A DNA stretch of 64,000 nucleotides from Candidatus Magasanikiibacteriota bacterium (GTDB taxonomy: Bacteria > Patescibacteriota > Patescibacteriia > Magasanikbacterales > 2-02-FULL-50-9b): NCBI GenBank assembly GCA_943355025.1, contig CALRDW010000005.1, positions 244 through 64,243 of the forward strand. The letters run 5' to 3'. Positions 19,498-29,900 of this stretch are shown piece by piece. The notes under the pieces are model-generated. The model saw nothing but the letters and a program-made list of their open reading frames with translations. It had not been told where the DNA came from and did no database searches. Position numbers and translations under genes: made by a program. Position 1 is the stretch's first letter. Each line of letters starts with the position of its first letter.

Positions 19498-19803
19498 TTA
19501 TCTGACTGCAACGGAATGTGAATCTGCGTGAACGTATTCCATCTTGGTCGCCGCCGCGAGTCCAAGCGCGTCAAGTCGTTTTTTTAAATTCTGCGCCGAT
19601 GATTCTTCGGCAATGTTGAAATCAAGTCGTGAGGTTTCGCCAAGCAGTTGTGTTTTGCGTTCTGACAAATGTCTCAGCTCAAAGCCGCGAGCCGAAGACG
19701 ATGTAATTTGAAAAAAGTAGATCACCCCGATGAGAATTGCTGAAATAAAAAGTGCTGTTCGAATTCGTGGTCTGTCAAAAAACTGTTGCGTGTTTTGTTC
19801 CAT
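19498..19803 (-). CDS. FtsL-like cell division protein
   Basis: Single TM plus coiled coil directly downstream of rsmH. Confidence 0.65.
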   Translation of the reverse strand: MEQNTQQFFDRPRIRTALFISAILIGVIYFFQITSSSARGFELRHLSERKTQLLGETSRLDFNIAEESSAQNLKKRLDALGLAAATKMEYVHADSHSVAVR

Positions 19804-19804
19804 A

Positions 19805-20686
19805 CTATGATTTTTCAAAGATGCGAAACTTACTGCTGCGAGATCGCGGATTATCCCGCACTTCTTCCCACGTTGGGATAACTGGTTTTTTTGTTATTGA
19901 TATTACATCGGCTCGCGTTGTAACAAACTGTTTTACAATGCGATCTTCAAGTGAATGAAACGTGATGACGCCAATACGCGCGTGCGGAGCTACTGCGTCG
20001 GTTATGCGCTCAAGCGCTGTGCGCAAAACCCCAAGCTCATCATTAACCGCGATACGAAGTGCTTGGAACACTTGTGTTGCGGGATGTTTTTTGCCAACTC
20101 GTGGCGCAACTTGACTCATCAAATTTGCAAGTTGCTGCGTTGTCGTAATTGGATCCCGATCTCGCGCATCAATTATTGCTTCTGCAATTTCTGCTGCTCG
20201 CGGCTCTTCTCCATACAGCCGAAATATTTTTACAAGCTCTTCTTTTGAAGACTTGTTTAATAGCTCAGCTGCAGTTTCCGTTTCTTCAGTCGGATCAAAA
20301 CGCATGTCGAGATGTTCGTTGGTAAGGAAACTAAATCCCCTGCCGCGCACCATGAACTGTGTCGTTGACCAGCCAAGGTCGAGGAGTACACGATTGATCG
20401 GTCGGTCCGTTATCTGCCGGACGAGCTCCGGAATATCCTGGAAATTCCCGTGCACAGCACGAAATCGATCTGCGTAGCGCTCTAACCGAGACTCTGCTGC
20501 AATAATTGCCTCAGGATCTCGATCGATACCGATCACCATGCCTGTTGGTCCAACAGCGTCGCATAGCAGTTCGCTGTGTCCACCGTCACCAAGCGTTCCG
20601 TCAACAACGACCATGCCGGGCTCAACAGCTAACCATTCCCGAACTTCCTTTGTAAGTACCGGGCGATGTAGAAGTTCTGAGCTCAT
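19805..20686 (-). CDS. rsmH: 16S rRNA m4C1402 methyltransferase
   Basis: HRPVL, DGTLGDGGHS, LDMRFD, FQALRIAVNDEL, ITFHSLEDRIVK, NPRSRS. Confidence 0.97.
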   Translation of the reverse strand: MSSELLHRPVLTKEVREWLAVEPGMVVVDGTLGDGGHSELLCDAVGPTGMVIGIDRDPEAIIAAESRLERYADRFRAVHGNFQDIPELVRQITDRPINRVLLDLGWSTTQFMVRGRGFSFLTNEHLDMRFDPTEETETAAELLNKSSKEELVKIFRLYGEEPRAAEIAEAIIDARDRDPITTTQQLANLMSQVAPRVGKKHPATQVFQALRIAVNDELGVLRTALERITDAVAPHARIGVITFHSLEDRIVKQFVTTRADVISITKKPVIPTWEEVRDNPRSRSSKFRIFEKS

Positions 20687-20687
20687 A

Positions 20688-21116
20688 TTAAACGCCGAGG
20701 CTGAGAAGTTGCTCCGCAATTTCTCCGCTATCTTTTTCAGCGCGTTTTGTATACACGGCCCACGCCTCTTCGCCCCACAGTTCCAGGCGATTATAGAGGC
20801 CAGCAACAACAACTGCTTTGCTGAGACCTGCATACGTACGCAGGTATTCTGGAATACTGATTCTTCCCTGCCCATCAATTTCAACGTCCATTGCGCCCGC
20901 AAGCATGAGCCTGGCGAACGCGCGTGAATTTGATTGGCTGATGGGAAGATTTGCGAGCTTCTGCGCCATTTGTTTCCACTCCGCGAGCGGATATACAAAC
21001 AAACATGCATCGAGACCTCGTGTAACAACGGCTTTTTTTAAAGAACTTCGAAACTTGGCCGGTATAGCAAGCCGGCCCTTTTCGTCGATAGAATGTCGAA
21101 ATTCGCCGATGTACAT
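20688..21116 (-). CDS. mraZ: Transcriptional regulator MraZ
   Basis: IDEKGRLAIP and IDGQGRISIP repeats. Confidence 0.97.
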   Translation of the reverse strand: MYIGEFRHSIDEKGRLAIPAKFRSSLKKAVVTRGLDACLFVYPLAEWKQMAQKLANLPISQSNSRAFARLMLAGAMDVEIDGQGRISIPEYLRTYAGLSKAVVVAGLYNRLELWGEEAWAVYTKRAEKDSGEIAEQLLSLGV

Positions 21117-21128
21117 GTTGTTTTTTGC

Positions 21129-21194
21129 CCCACTTTCCCCCACTTGAAACCATTATATACCACCAAAGCCCACAAAACAAGGCAAAACCCCCAC
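21129..21194 (-). promoter_or_regulatory. MraZ operator (GTGGG-type boxes at 10-nt period) overlapping a -10 TATAAT
   Basis: + strand cccac/accat/accac at 21129, 21139, 21149, 21159, 21169 and 21190; attata at 21152-21157. Confidence 0.85.
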
Positions 21195-21203
21195 TGTGGA
21201 TAA
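21195..21203 (-). promoter_or_regulatory. Perfect DnaA box upstream of mraZ
   Basis: TTATCCACA on the minus strand. Confidence 0.6.
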
Positions 21204-21216
21204 CATTTTATAAAAA

Positions 21217-22485
21217 TCATGAACCAAAATCGCGCATGTTTCTTTTTTTTCTCTGATACGTAATCGCAAATCGATGTGCCTCATTACGAACTTTAACAAA
21301 AATATGTCCGTATAAACGAATCGCACGATCGAGGGCAACATTGCGACGATCAAAAACATATCTCACATTTTTTCTAAGCGCGCCTTTTGCAATTCCAACA
21401 ACTGGAATTGTTATTCCGTATTCTTTTAAAACTTTTACAACTGCATTCACCTGTCCTTCGCCGCCATCAATAAAAAATATTTCCGGCAGCGGCCATTCCG
21501 TGTGCTTAAGCCGACGCGTTAGTGTTTCCCGAAGCGCGCCAGTATCATTTGATTTTGTAAATTCTCGAATCTCAAATTTTCGATACTCCGATTTATCTGC
21601 TTCACCTTTATTAAAAACAACCATTGATGCAACCATTCCTGTTCCTGATAAATGTGAAATATCATACCCCTCGATGCGTTTAAACGGATTGACCGCTAAA
21701 TTCCTCGGTGGTGCGTCATCATCGCGATTGATGAGTGCGATATCCTGAATGTGCTGCAAAGAAAATAATTGGTTGCGAAGAATTGCCGCCTCTTCAAACT
21801 GCTCTGCACGCGCCGCAATTTTCATGTCACGCAGTATTTGTTTCTCCAAAGTCGTGCGGTCGCCATTTAAAAAAAGCTTCATTCGTCGCAATATTATTTT
21901 ATATGCTGGAGCGGAAATTGCGCGCGTACACACGCCTGGACAGCGTCCAAGTTGCGCATTAAAACAGGGGCGCGTGCGACCTGGCACACAATCGCTCCAC
22001 GGAAAAATTCGTCGCATCATTTCAAGCGCAGTGCGAACTAATTTTGCACCGAGAAATGGGCCCCACCGCTGTGGATAAATTTTATCCACAGTCGCGCCCA
22101 AATCATCAAGTTCTTTTCCACGCACTAAAACAACGCGCGGATATTCGTCTGCAGTAAAACAAATCCACAAAAAACTTTTGTCATCCTTTAATAAAACATT
22201 GTACGGCGGTTTATGTGCGCGAATTAAATTAGCCTCCATTATAAGCGCCTCAAGAACCGTTGGTGTCTCGACGTATTCAATATGCGTTATATCTGCCGTA
22301 ACCTCTTCGATGGCGCGGGCGAATGCTGTGCTGGTATGAAAATATGATGCGACGCGCGACTTAAGCGACGTTGCTTTTCCAACGTACATCAAATTTCCCG
22401 CTGCGTCATAAAATAAATAGACGCCGGGGGTGTCTGGCAATGATGCGCGATTCTGCACCGCAATATGGGGTCTCTGTAAACGCAT
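21217..22485 (-). CDS. uvrC: Excinuclease ABC subunit C (short form, no C-terminal HhH)
   Basis: GIY-YIG PGVYLF..YVGKA, Cys cluster, UVR motif FEEAAILRNQ, RIEGYDISH, IDGGEGQ. Confidence 0.93.
   Translation of the reverse strand: MRLQRPHIAVQNRASLPDTPGVYLFYDAAGNLMYVGKATSLKSRVASYFHTSTAFARAIEEVTADITHIEYVETPTVLEALIMEANLIRAHKPPYNVLLKDDKSFLWICFTADEYPRVVLVRGKELDDLGATVDKIYPQRWGPFLGAKLVRTALEMMRRIFPWSDCVPGRTRPCFNAQLGRCPGVCTRAISAPAYKIILRRMKLFLNGDRTTLEKQILRDMKIAARAEQFEEAAILRNQLFSLQHIQDIALINRDDDAPPRNLAVNPFKRIEGYDISHLSGTGMVASMVVFNKGEADKSEYRKFEIREFTKSNDTGALRETLTRRLKHTEWPLPEIFFIDGGEGQVNAVVKVLKEYGITIPVVGIAKGALRKNVRYVFDRRNVALDRAIRLYGHIFVKVRNEAHRFAITYQRKKRNMRDFGS
22070..22090. promoter_or_regulatory. Inverted pair of perfect DnaA boxes inside uvrC
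   Basis: TGTGGATAA-att-TTATCCACA. Confidence 0.5.
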
Positions 22486-22552
22486 GTGAATTAAAACTCA
22501 TTCCTTCATGCGAAGTGTATGCTTACAAACACGATTGCGTCAAGCCCGAGAA

Positions 22553-24568
22553 CTATTCTCGCGCGCCAAGTGCACGCGCAGTCAGAGAAGTGTTGCCACG
22601 AAGCATTCTGCGCTCTTCCAAAGCAGTTGTGTGTGCCCGCGCGATACGTGCCGCCTCTGCGAGAGGATCCGCAGCTTCAAATTCGGTTCGTGTATCAACC
22701 GCGTGCAAAATATTAATTTCAGCATCGCTTACCGTTTTAACACCATGCGCGATAAATTTATTTGCGTCCCACCCTTCAAAAAATCCACGACGCAAGAATA
22801 ATTCTGTCATAAACTTCTGATCGTCTGGTGCATCAAATCCGCCACGCAAAATATTTTCAGCAACAACCTCTTCGAGCGGCGTTGTAAAGTTTGATGCACG
22901 CCATGGTTCAATAATTTTTTTCATCAAATCACGAGGCGAAATAACCATTTTTTCGAGCTGGGTTTTCGCCGCAGTCATACCACGCGTTTTATTCATAAAC
23001 GCTTGACCTGCTGTTTTTCCAGAGAACAAATCCTGGGATTCACGAACAACAAGCGCAAGATCAATAAGCTTACTGTATGCTTCTGGTGGAAAATCCGGTG
23101 GCAAGCGCTGACAATCGTGCCGCAGAAGCGACGTTAAAATTAAATCGTAGGTTTCCGAAACTTCTGGATAGTCTACTTCCTCACCAACCCAGCGCGAACG
23201 AAACGCAGCGTTGAAATCTTTAACACCTGCATATTTTCCACCAAGGTTCAACGTTGAGATTACGGTAAAGCCTGGCTTCATAACAAATTCTTCCTCACCA
23301 TTTTCTTGGAGACGAAATTTTGAACCAACTGGTCGAAGTAAAATATCATTGATACGCCCGATTACTTCAGCAGGCGCAAGATTAATCTCATCAATAATAA
23401 TCGGTTTTCCGTCACGAAGCGCGCGACCAAGCGGACCATAATTAAATACAGTTTCTGTTACACTTCCTTGTCCAAGCAAAATCTTCGCGATATCAGCTTC
23501 CGGCACATCTGAAATACCTCGCTCTTTTAGTTCGAGTGCCATTTGTTTTGTTCGAACCGCAAGAAGTTCTGGGTCTGATACATTTTTTCCCGTTAATTTT
23601 AATTTACCCACCAAATCATACACAGATGCCTCGTCAGATGCTGAAAAAATTTCAGGACTTAGTCTGTCATACAACTCATCTGGATCCATTTTTGATGCGC
23701 CCGGAAAATAGGTCTCCGCATACTGCATCATAAAAATCTTTGCGGTGTGCCGCGCGATTTCCGTTTTACCTGAACCCAAATGGCCCGCCAACATATACGG
23801 TTGGTGCGCTCGCAAATTTTTCATGATGCGCTCGATTCGTTCTTTTGCTGATGAAAACTCAACAATACGATTCTTTGCGGCAGAGGACTGATAATTTTTA
23901 AGCGTTGCGTACCGTGCGATCATTGGTCCAATCGTATCATAACTGGCGAGCATTTCTAATTTTTTCTGAAGCTCAGCGCGCTCACGCCGACGATTATCAA
24001 TTAAAACACGATCAACACCAATCACTGAACCCGCTTTGCTTGACAATGCTTTGCGCTCAATGCGCGAAATTTCATAATCAAGTTTGCCAATATGCCCGCG
24101 GATAGTTTGATCTGCACGCGCGAGCTCAACAAGCAAATGTGCCCCCATTTGTTCTTTTTTAAAAACGTCTGCAATACCTTCGATGCGAGAAATTTTACGA
24201 AGCGCCTCTGCTATCTTATGCTTTTGTTTAGCAGATTCGTCCAACGCCTCCTGCATTATAGATAAATCTTCGACTGATTGAGGCTCTGTGCCCTCCATCG
24301 TCTGCATTGGAACATACCGATCACCCATAAAACCATCTGACAATGTCTCCGTTGCGGACTCATCAAAATATGAAGAGTTCTCATCACTTGATTGAGTATA
24401 TGCCTGACCCGACTTAGCTTGATCCGTAAATTGATAATACAAATGATACATGTCATCAATCAATTGAATCTTTTCCTCTTCTGACCGTTCAGAAAAAGGT
24501 CGCCCATCAACTGATTGCTCTTGGATAGACTCTGGGCCTGATGGTGATCGCGGAATTTCAATTCGCAT
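22553..24568 (-). CDS. MoxR/CbbQ/dynein-related AAA+ ATPase with N-terminal coiled coil
   Basis: Walker A GHLGSGKT, Walker B IIIDEIN, TLNLGGKYAG..FNAAFRSRW, ISPRDL. Confidence 0.88.
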   Translation of the reverse strand: MRIEIPRSPSGPESIQEQSVDGRPFSERSEEEKIQLIDDMYHLYYQFTDQAKSGQAYTQSSDENSSYFDESATETLSDGFMGDRYVPMQTMEGTEPQSVEDLSIMQEALDESAKQKHKIAEALRKISRIEGIADVFKKEQMGAHLLVELARADQTIRGHIGKLDYEISRIERKALSSKAGSVIGVDRVLIDNRRRERAELQKKLEMLASYDTIGPMIARYATLKNYQSSAAKNRIVEFSSAKERIERIMKNLRAHQPYMLAGHLGSGKTEIARHTAKIFMMQYAETYFPGASKMDPDELYDRLSPEIFSASDEASVYDLVGKLKLTGKNVSDPELLAVRTKQMALELKERGISDVPEADIAKILLGQGSVTETVFNYGPLGRALRDGKPIIIDEINLAPAEVIGRINDILLRPVGSKFRLQENGEEEFVMKPGFTVISTLNLGGKYAGVKDFNAAFRSRWVGEEVDYPEVSETYDLILTSLLRHDCQRLPPDFPPEAYSKLIDLALVVRESQDLFSGKTAGQAFMNKTRGMTAAKTQLEKMVISPRDLMKKIIEPWRASNFTTPLEEVVAENILRGGFDAPDDQKFMTELFLRRGFFEGWDANKFIAHGVKTVSDAEINILHAVDTRTEFEAADPLAEAARIARAHTTALEERRMLRGNTSLTARALGARE

Positions 24569-24590
24569 AGTTAAGCGAACAAATAAACAA

Positions 24591-24610
24591 TGTGCTATAA
24601 TTGTACCACA
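24591..24610. promoter_or_regulatory. Overlapping bidirectional extended -10 promoter
   Basis: tgtgctataattgtaccaca: TGcTATAAT on + (24596-24601) and TGgTACAAT on - (24605-24600). Confidence 0.6.
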
Positions 24611-24641
24611 CTTTAAATGCCTTCTGAAATCTACGCGCTCT

Positions 24642-26585
24642 ATGCCATTTGAAATACGTCGTGTTGCTGGTCGTGTATCCGAAAAAGATACTGCAGAAAA
24701 AGAAGGTGACGATACTGCAGCACAAGACACCGGAATGAAACCCGAAGCCGGACGACCTGGCTATAATATTTTTTTTAATCGATTTGAAAAAACAATTAAC
24801 GGTTATTTTGGAACACCGGATGTTAAATTTACGATGAAGCCGGGCGGCTGGTATGTGGACTTAGAAAAGATTGAAGTGAGCGCTGACCCAAATTTTTTTA
24901 TTGATAAAGGTTATTCACAAGACGAGGCACTCTTCGCATCATTTCACGAAGCAGAACATTTTCGCGATATGATTCGCGAACCAGAAGAATACAAACGATT
25001 ATTTGACCGCATGAATAGCGAAAGCACGGTTCATCCAGCGCTGCCAAAAGCACTCCATACGTTATACAACTGTCTCGACGATGTGCTCGTAAATAAATGT
25101 GTGATGCAACGATGGAATTCAGGACGAAAAGCAAAAGATACGTTGTATCCAAAACTTTTTCAGAGTTCAGACCTCATGACCAACCCGTTTACAGGAAAAG
25201 AGGAGCCGGGGCATCGGCAATTCATGTATGCGCTTCTCAGAGAAGCGATGTTGCCAGACGAAACATGCACAGTTTCTCCCTATGTTCGCGAAGCCATTGA
25301 TAAAGTCCAAGCAAAAGGTGGTAAACTCAAACTCACGGAGGTTTTGACTGCGGTTGATCTTGAGGGTGAAGGGGTAATGAAGCCGATAGATCGCTTTGGG
25401 ATAATTTCAGGACTCATAGAGCCGACGTTTATTGAGATGTTTAAAAAAGACATTGAAACAATGAAGGAGCAGCAGGAAAAGAGCGGAAAAGGAGGAAAGA
25501 GCGGAGAGAAACCAGATGGAGATAAAAAAGGAGGAGAAAAAACAGATGCACAGCCAGATCCTGACGCTGAAAGCGCGTTTGATGACGATCCATTTAAAGA
25601 CGCTATCCCCGATCCGATAGAGTTCAAAGATATTCAGGATCAGGTACAAAAAATTAGAGAGGCACTCGCAAAAAAGAAAAAAGAAGAAATGGAGAAATTA
25701 CTTGGCGTTTCTAAGGAAGATTACGATGCGTACGCGAAAGATTTCAAAATGATTCAGAAATTTATCGCGGATTTATCGGGAACTTTTGATGCAGTTATAC
25801 AGCGGCGCAAAACAATTGAGCGTAAACTTCGTAAACCCGTTCGTGAAGGTGTGATGCTCAGCCCCTCACGCATTGCAACCGCTGTTGCGGAAATTAAATC
25901 CGGAAACACAGATCCTCGCACGATGCTTGACTATGAAGATCGCGAAGCAACACGGACGCGGCCATCAGATTTTGAATTTACAATTGTATGCGATGGTTCG
26001 GGTTCTATGAAAGGCGAGGGGAAAGACAAGATGCAGCGCCAACTATCAGTTCTTATTACTGAAGCACTTCTTGATTTTCAAGAACGACTCGAAAAAGAGC
26101 GCCGCAAGGGCGAGCGTATCAACCTCAATATTAAAAGCGAAGTGCGCATGTTTGACGAAAACGATCACGTGCTCAAACCTCTTGGCACGACGCTTACACA
26201 CAAAGAACGCGTTGCGATGCACAAAGTTCTCCGCGAGTTTCCTGGTGGCTCTAATAATGAAATCGCGACATTTACAAAAATGCGCGAGGAACAATTTGAT
26301 GCGGATCGCGTTGAAAAAATGCGAAAAGGCGACATTAAAAAAGTTATTCTCTGGCTCACGGATGGAGAGAGCGATGTAAATGCGATCCAATCTGAAATTC
26401 GCCGACTTGAAGCGCTCACTAAAAATGACAGCGATCAAAAATCGCTGGTAATCGCTGGACTTGGATTTAAAGGAGGTCAGGGCGCATTAACAACGTACGC
26501 TCCGAATGGCTATTACGGCGAGAGCTTTGAAAAAATTATTGAGATCTTTAAAAAGTTCCTCACGCAACTTCTCGATGACCTATAA
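24642..26585 (+). CDS. vWA domain protein with N-terminal HExxH (CobT-like/zincin) domain
   Basis: FHEAEH...YNCLDD, charged linker, MIDAS VCDGSGSM and WLTDGES. Confidence 0.85.
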   Translation: MPFEIRRVAGRVSEKDTAEKEGDDTAAQDTGMKPEAGRPGYNIFFNRFEKTINGYFGTPDVKFTMKPGGWYVDLEKIEVSADPNFFIDKGYSQDEALFASFHEAEHFRDMIREPEEYKRLFDRMNSESTVHPALPKALHTLYNCLDDVLVNKCVMQRWNSGRKAKDTLYPKLFQSSDLMTNPFTGKEEPGHRQFMYALLREAMLPDETCTVSPYVREAIDKVQAKGGKLKLTEVLTAVDLEGEGVMKPIDRFGIISGLIEPTFIEMFKKDIETMKEQQEKSGKGGKSGEKPDGDKKGGEKTDAQPDPDAESAFDDDPFKDAIPDPIEFKDIQDQVQKIREALAKKKKEEMEKLLGVSKEDYDAYAKDFKMIQKFIADLSGTFDAVIQRRKTIERKLRKPVREGVMLSPSRIATAVAEIKSGNTDPRTMLDYEDREATRTRPSDFEFTIVCDGSGSMKGEGKDKMQRQLSVLITEALLDFQERLEKERRKGERINLNIKSEVRMFDENDHVLKPLGTTLTHKERVAMHKVLREFPGGSNNEIATFTKMREEQFDADRVEKMRKGDIKKVILWLTDGESDVNAIQSEIRRLEALTKNDSDQKSLVIAGLGFKGGQGALTTYAPNGYYGESFEKIIEIFKKFLTQLLDDL

Positions 26586-26618
26586 TAGTCGATAGCAGAA
26601 ACAGCGAACGCGTTTTGT

Positions 26619-26816
26619 TTACCATTCCTTTTCGCGATCATAATCGCGCGCATCCTCGTCTGCCTGTTTACTGCCACGCCGAACAATCTCATCATCTTTT
26701 ACGTCTCCAAATTCGGGTTGCTGTTTATCTGGCAACGGAATCGGCTCTTCGTTTGGATTTGGTGCCTGGAGCGGTATACCCACTCCAGGCCGCTGTGGTT
26801 TAAAAGTGTGTTCCAT
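26619..26816 (-). CDS. Small Pro-rich/acidic hypothetical protein
   Basis: 65 aa ORF filling an intergenic gap, with a TATACT -10 just upstream. Confidence 0.5.
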   Translation of the reverse strand: MEHTFKPQRPGVGIPLQAPNPNEEPIPLPDKQQPEFGDVKDDEIVRRGSKQADEDARDYDREKEW

Positions 26817-26928
26817 AGAACACTAGTATAACAAACGCGACGCGTTCATACATACCCCCCAGGGACACTATCTCTTCTGTGGGTTCCAAGGTATACTAGG
26901 CTCAAATTCGTTTTTTATTTCTTTTTCT

Positions 26929-29900
26929 ATGTTCAAAGGAACTTCGCTGCGGCGAATAAGCCCCATCTTTTTGGGTGTACTATTCGCTGCAGCTTTTTTT
27001 GTTGAAAGTGCTCACGCGCAAACAACAAGCACGACACCCTCCGTCACGATTCCGGCTGCCCCATCAGAATTAACAGGTTCTATTTTTAATAATGTTTCTG
27101 GTCCAAATGTTTCATTGCATGTGACTGATAACGCGAACAATGAAACCGAGTATCGTTTATATTGGCATCTCATAGGGGCTGCATGGCCGAGCACATTTCA
27201 GTCAACCAGCGCAATCGGTACAAGTGGTACATGGGGATTCCCTGCTAATTCAGGGGGATTTCAGTTGGCCACGCCCCCACAAAGCGGTACCTATGAGTAC
27301 CAAGTAAAGGCATGCAATTCTGCAGGCTGTTCTGATTCAAATATTGTACAAATTGCAATTACTGCAAAACCAGCTGCACCGTCGAATCTTAATTTCGATC
27401 CAGCCCCGCTCACAGACAGGATTTATTTGAAATGGAATGACAATTCCTCTGATGAGGCAGGGTTCTATGTTGACCGCAAATTTATTACTGACACAAATTA
27501 CGCGGGATCTCTCCATTGGGCAACACTTCCTGCAAATACAACAATGTTTACTGACATGAACGTTGTGCCTGGTCAGCGCTATGATTATCGTGTGTCGGCC
27601 TATAATTCTACGGGCACTTCGGATGCTGTCTATCGCTCGAATGTGATGACAACGCCTGCCACACCCGCTGACACAACTTCGCCATCAGTGCCTGCAAGTG
27701 TATATGTCACACTGATTCCGAACTCTTCAAGTGTAAATCTCTATTGGAGCCCTTCCACTGACAATGTTGGCGTCACGGGTTACAAAGTTTATCAGAATGG
27801 AATTTTTCTGCTCGATGTACCGAGCACACTCACCCCTTCTGTTGGTAACTTGTCATCAGGCCAATACTATTCTGTAGCAGCATACGACGCTGCCGGCAAC
27901 GTCTCAAACGTAAGTCCATCAGTTTCAGGAACAACACCGAGTAGTAATCCAACTTCCCCCACCTCGACACCAGTTATTACTGCGCCAATTCCGTTTGTGA
28001 ATACCACCTCAACTCCTACGACAAGCGCGCCGGTCATTCCAACGCCAACTCCACCACCAACCATGTCATATGGATCGTGGCCAAGTACACAAACAGATTG
28101 CCAAAGCTTTTCTGGTAGATGGTGTTCAACTATCGGTTCATCGTATAGCGGTGGCAGTGGCGGCTATTGTCAAATGGCAAACATGACATGTCCAGTGATG
28201 CCACGTTCAGGCTACATGAGCTGTTGGGACAAATCAGAGGTACCAAATGGCGGTAACTGCCCCGTCATGCCACAAAACCAAACAGACTGTACTAAGATGG
28301 GCAAGAATTGGTGCAGCAGTACCTATGGAGGTCCAAATAACGGTTGGTGCAGTCCTGACATCTGCCAAATGATGACCCCACCAGGCCAAATGACATGTCC
28401 GGATGGTAAAACTTTCGTAACTTCATTCGATAATTGCCCACGCACTAACGTGACAACTCCCCTTCCAGTCATTCCAAATCCTGAATTTACGACGTGCCCC
28501 ACTGGCAAAGTTGTTCGCAAAGGAGATCCGTGCCCAGCGCCGGATGCGACGGTAACTTGCGCAAATGGCACAACAGCGCCAACAATTACCGCCTGTCCAC
28601 CAATCGAAGTTAAACAGGATGAAATCACAAAGTGCTTGAATACAGGAAATGTGTGGTGCCCCGACACTAAAGGTCAAACAACGGGTTGGTGTCAGATGAG
28701 TCGCGGTCCGTGTGTTAAACCACTCATGGGACCGCCACTGCCTGAGCCAGCGGTTCAATATCGGCCGCTGACGGCGCGCGAGATTCGTGATATGGAGCGC
28801 ACACGCAAAAATTTTATACAGGAGCTTGGTCAGATGCAATCAGCCGCAAAACGTGCCAAGGAGGATGCACTGCTCACAAAGATTACTGCGGAGCGCAAGA
28901 GTATCGAGACCGTAAAGCTTCTTGATTCTTCAGCATTCGACATCATGTCGTCGTTTGGTGACGACATGACAGATTTGCGCGATGCGACATCACAGATTGA
29001 TACGGGTGGCGGAAGTGGGCTTGATGAAAAGCAGGAAGCAAAAGCCCTTAAGCAGATGAAGCAAGGCGCGAAATCGTTCGTTCGTACACTTACCGCAAAG
29101 AAAAGTCAGATTGATAAATTGGTTAAACAAGGCGTGAGCGTTGATTCAGATATTATTGATTTAGTGACACAGGCGCTTGAAATTGCTAATAAAGTTGGTG
29201 CGGCAACAACATACGACGATGTGCGCAGTCTGATGGAACAGATACCGAATTTGGCAGAGCAATTGAATGATGCGTTTCAAAAATTGGAAATGTTGTCTCG
29301 TTTGCCGCGCGCACTTGCGATTATTGACCGCGAGATCGTAAACACGAACCGTGTGGTTAAACAAGCACAAACACAGGCGCTCCGCCGTGGCATTCAGGAA
29401 AACGATTTGGTTCAAAAAATGTCACAGACACTCACAGATGCACGCACGGGTGCAGATTCAGTTCGTTCGGGCAAGGTTGCCGCAGACGACGTGTTCGACT
29501 TTATTCAATCGGATATTCTCGACAAGCTGCAGGATGCACGAGACACTGCGTCGGGCGTGATAGCGGTTGCAAACGCACAAGCAACGGTTGGCAAAATCAA
29601 AGTACAGATTGCGCAATACACAAAACGCATTCGTACATTGAATAAAGCAGGTCAAGATACCAGCGCCGCGAGCTCTCTTGTTGCAGATCTCAGCACACAA
29701 AACAGCTCTCTTCAAAATCTGACTTCGGCTAAATTAACTTCAGACACTGCGGAAAAAATTGTTGAGGCGCTCGATGCAATTCATCAAACAGTTCAAGATC
29801 TAGAGAGCGCTCTTGGTCTCGCAAAACCAAATGCAGTGATTGACGAGTTACGTCAGTCACTCAATCATGGTGGTCAATCGTTCGATGAAATTCGTGTGAA

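Noticed and set aside
24569-24730. Extended N-terminus of the AAA+ ORF
   Set aside because: It overlaps the vWA start and the promoter; ATG at 24568 is more plausible.
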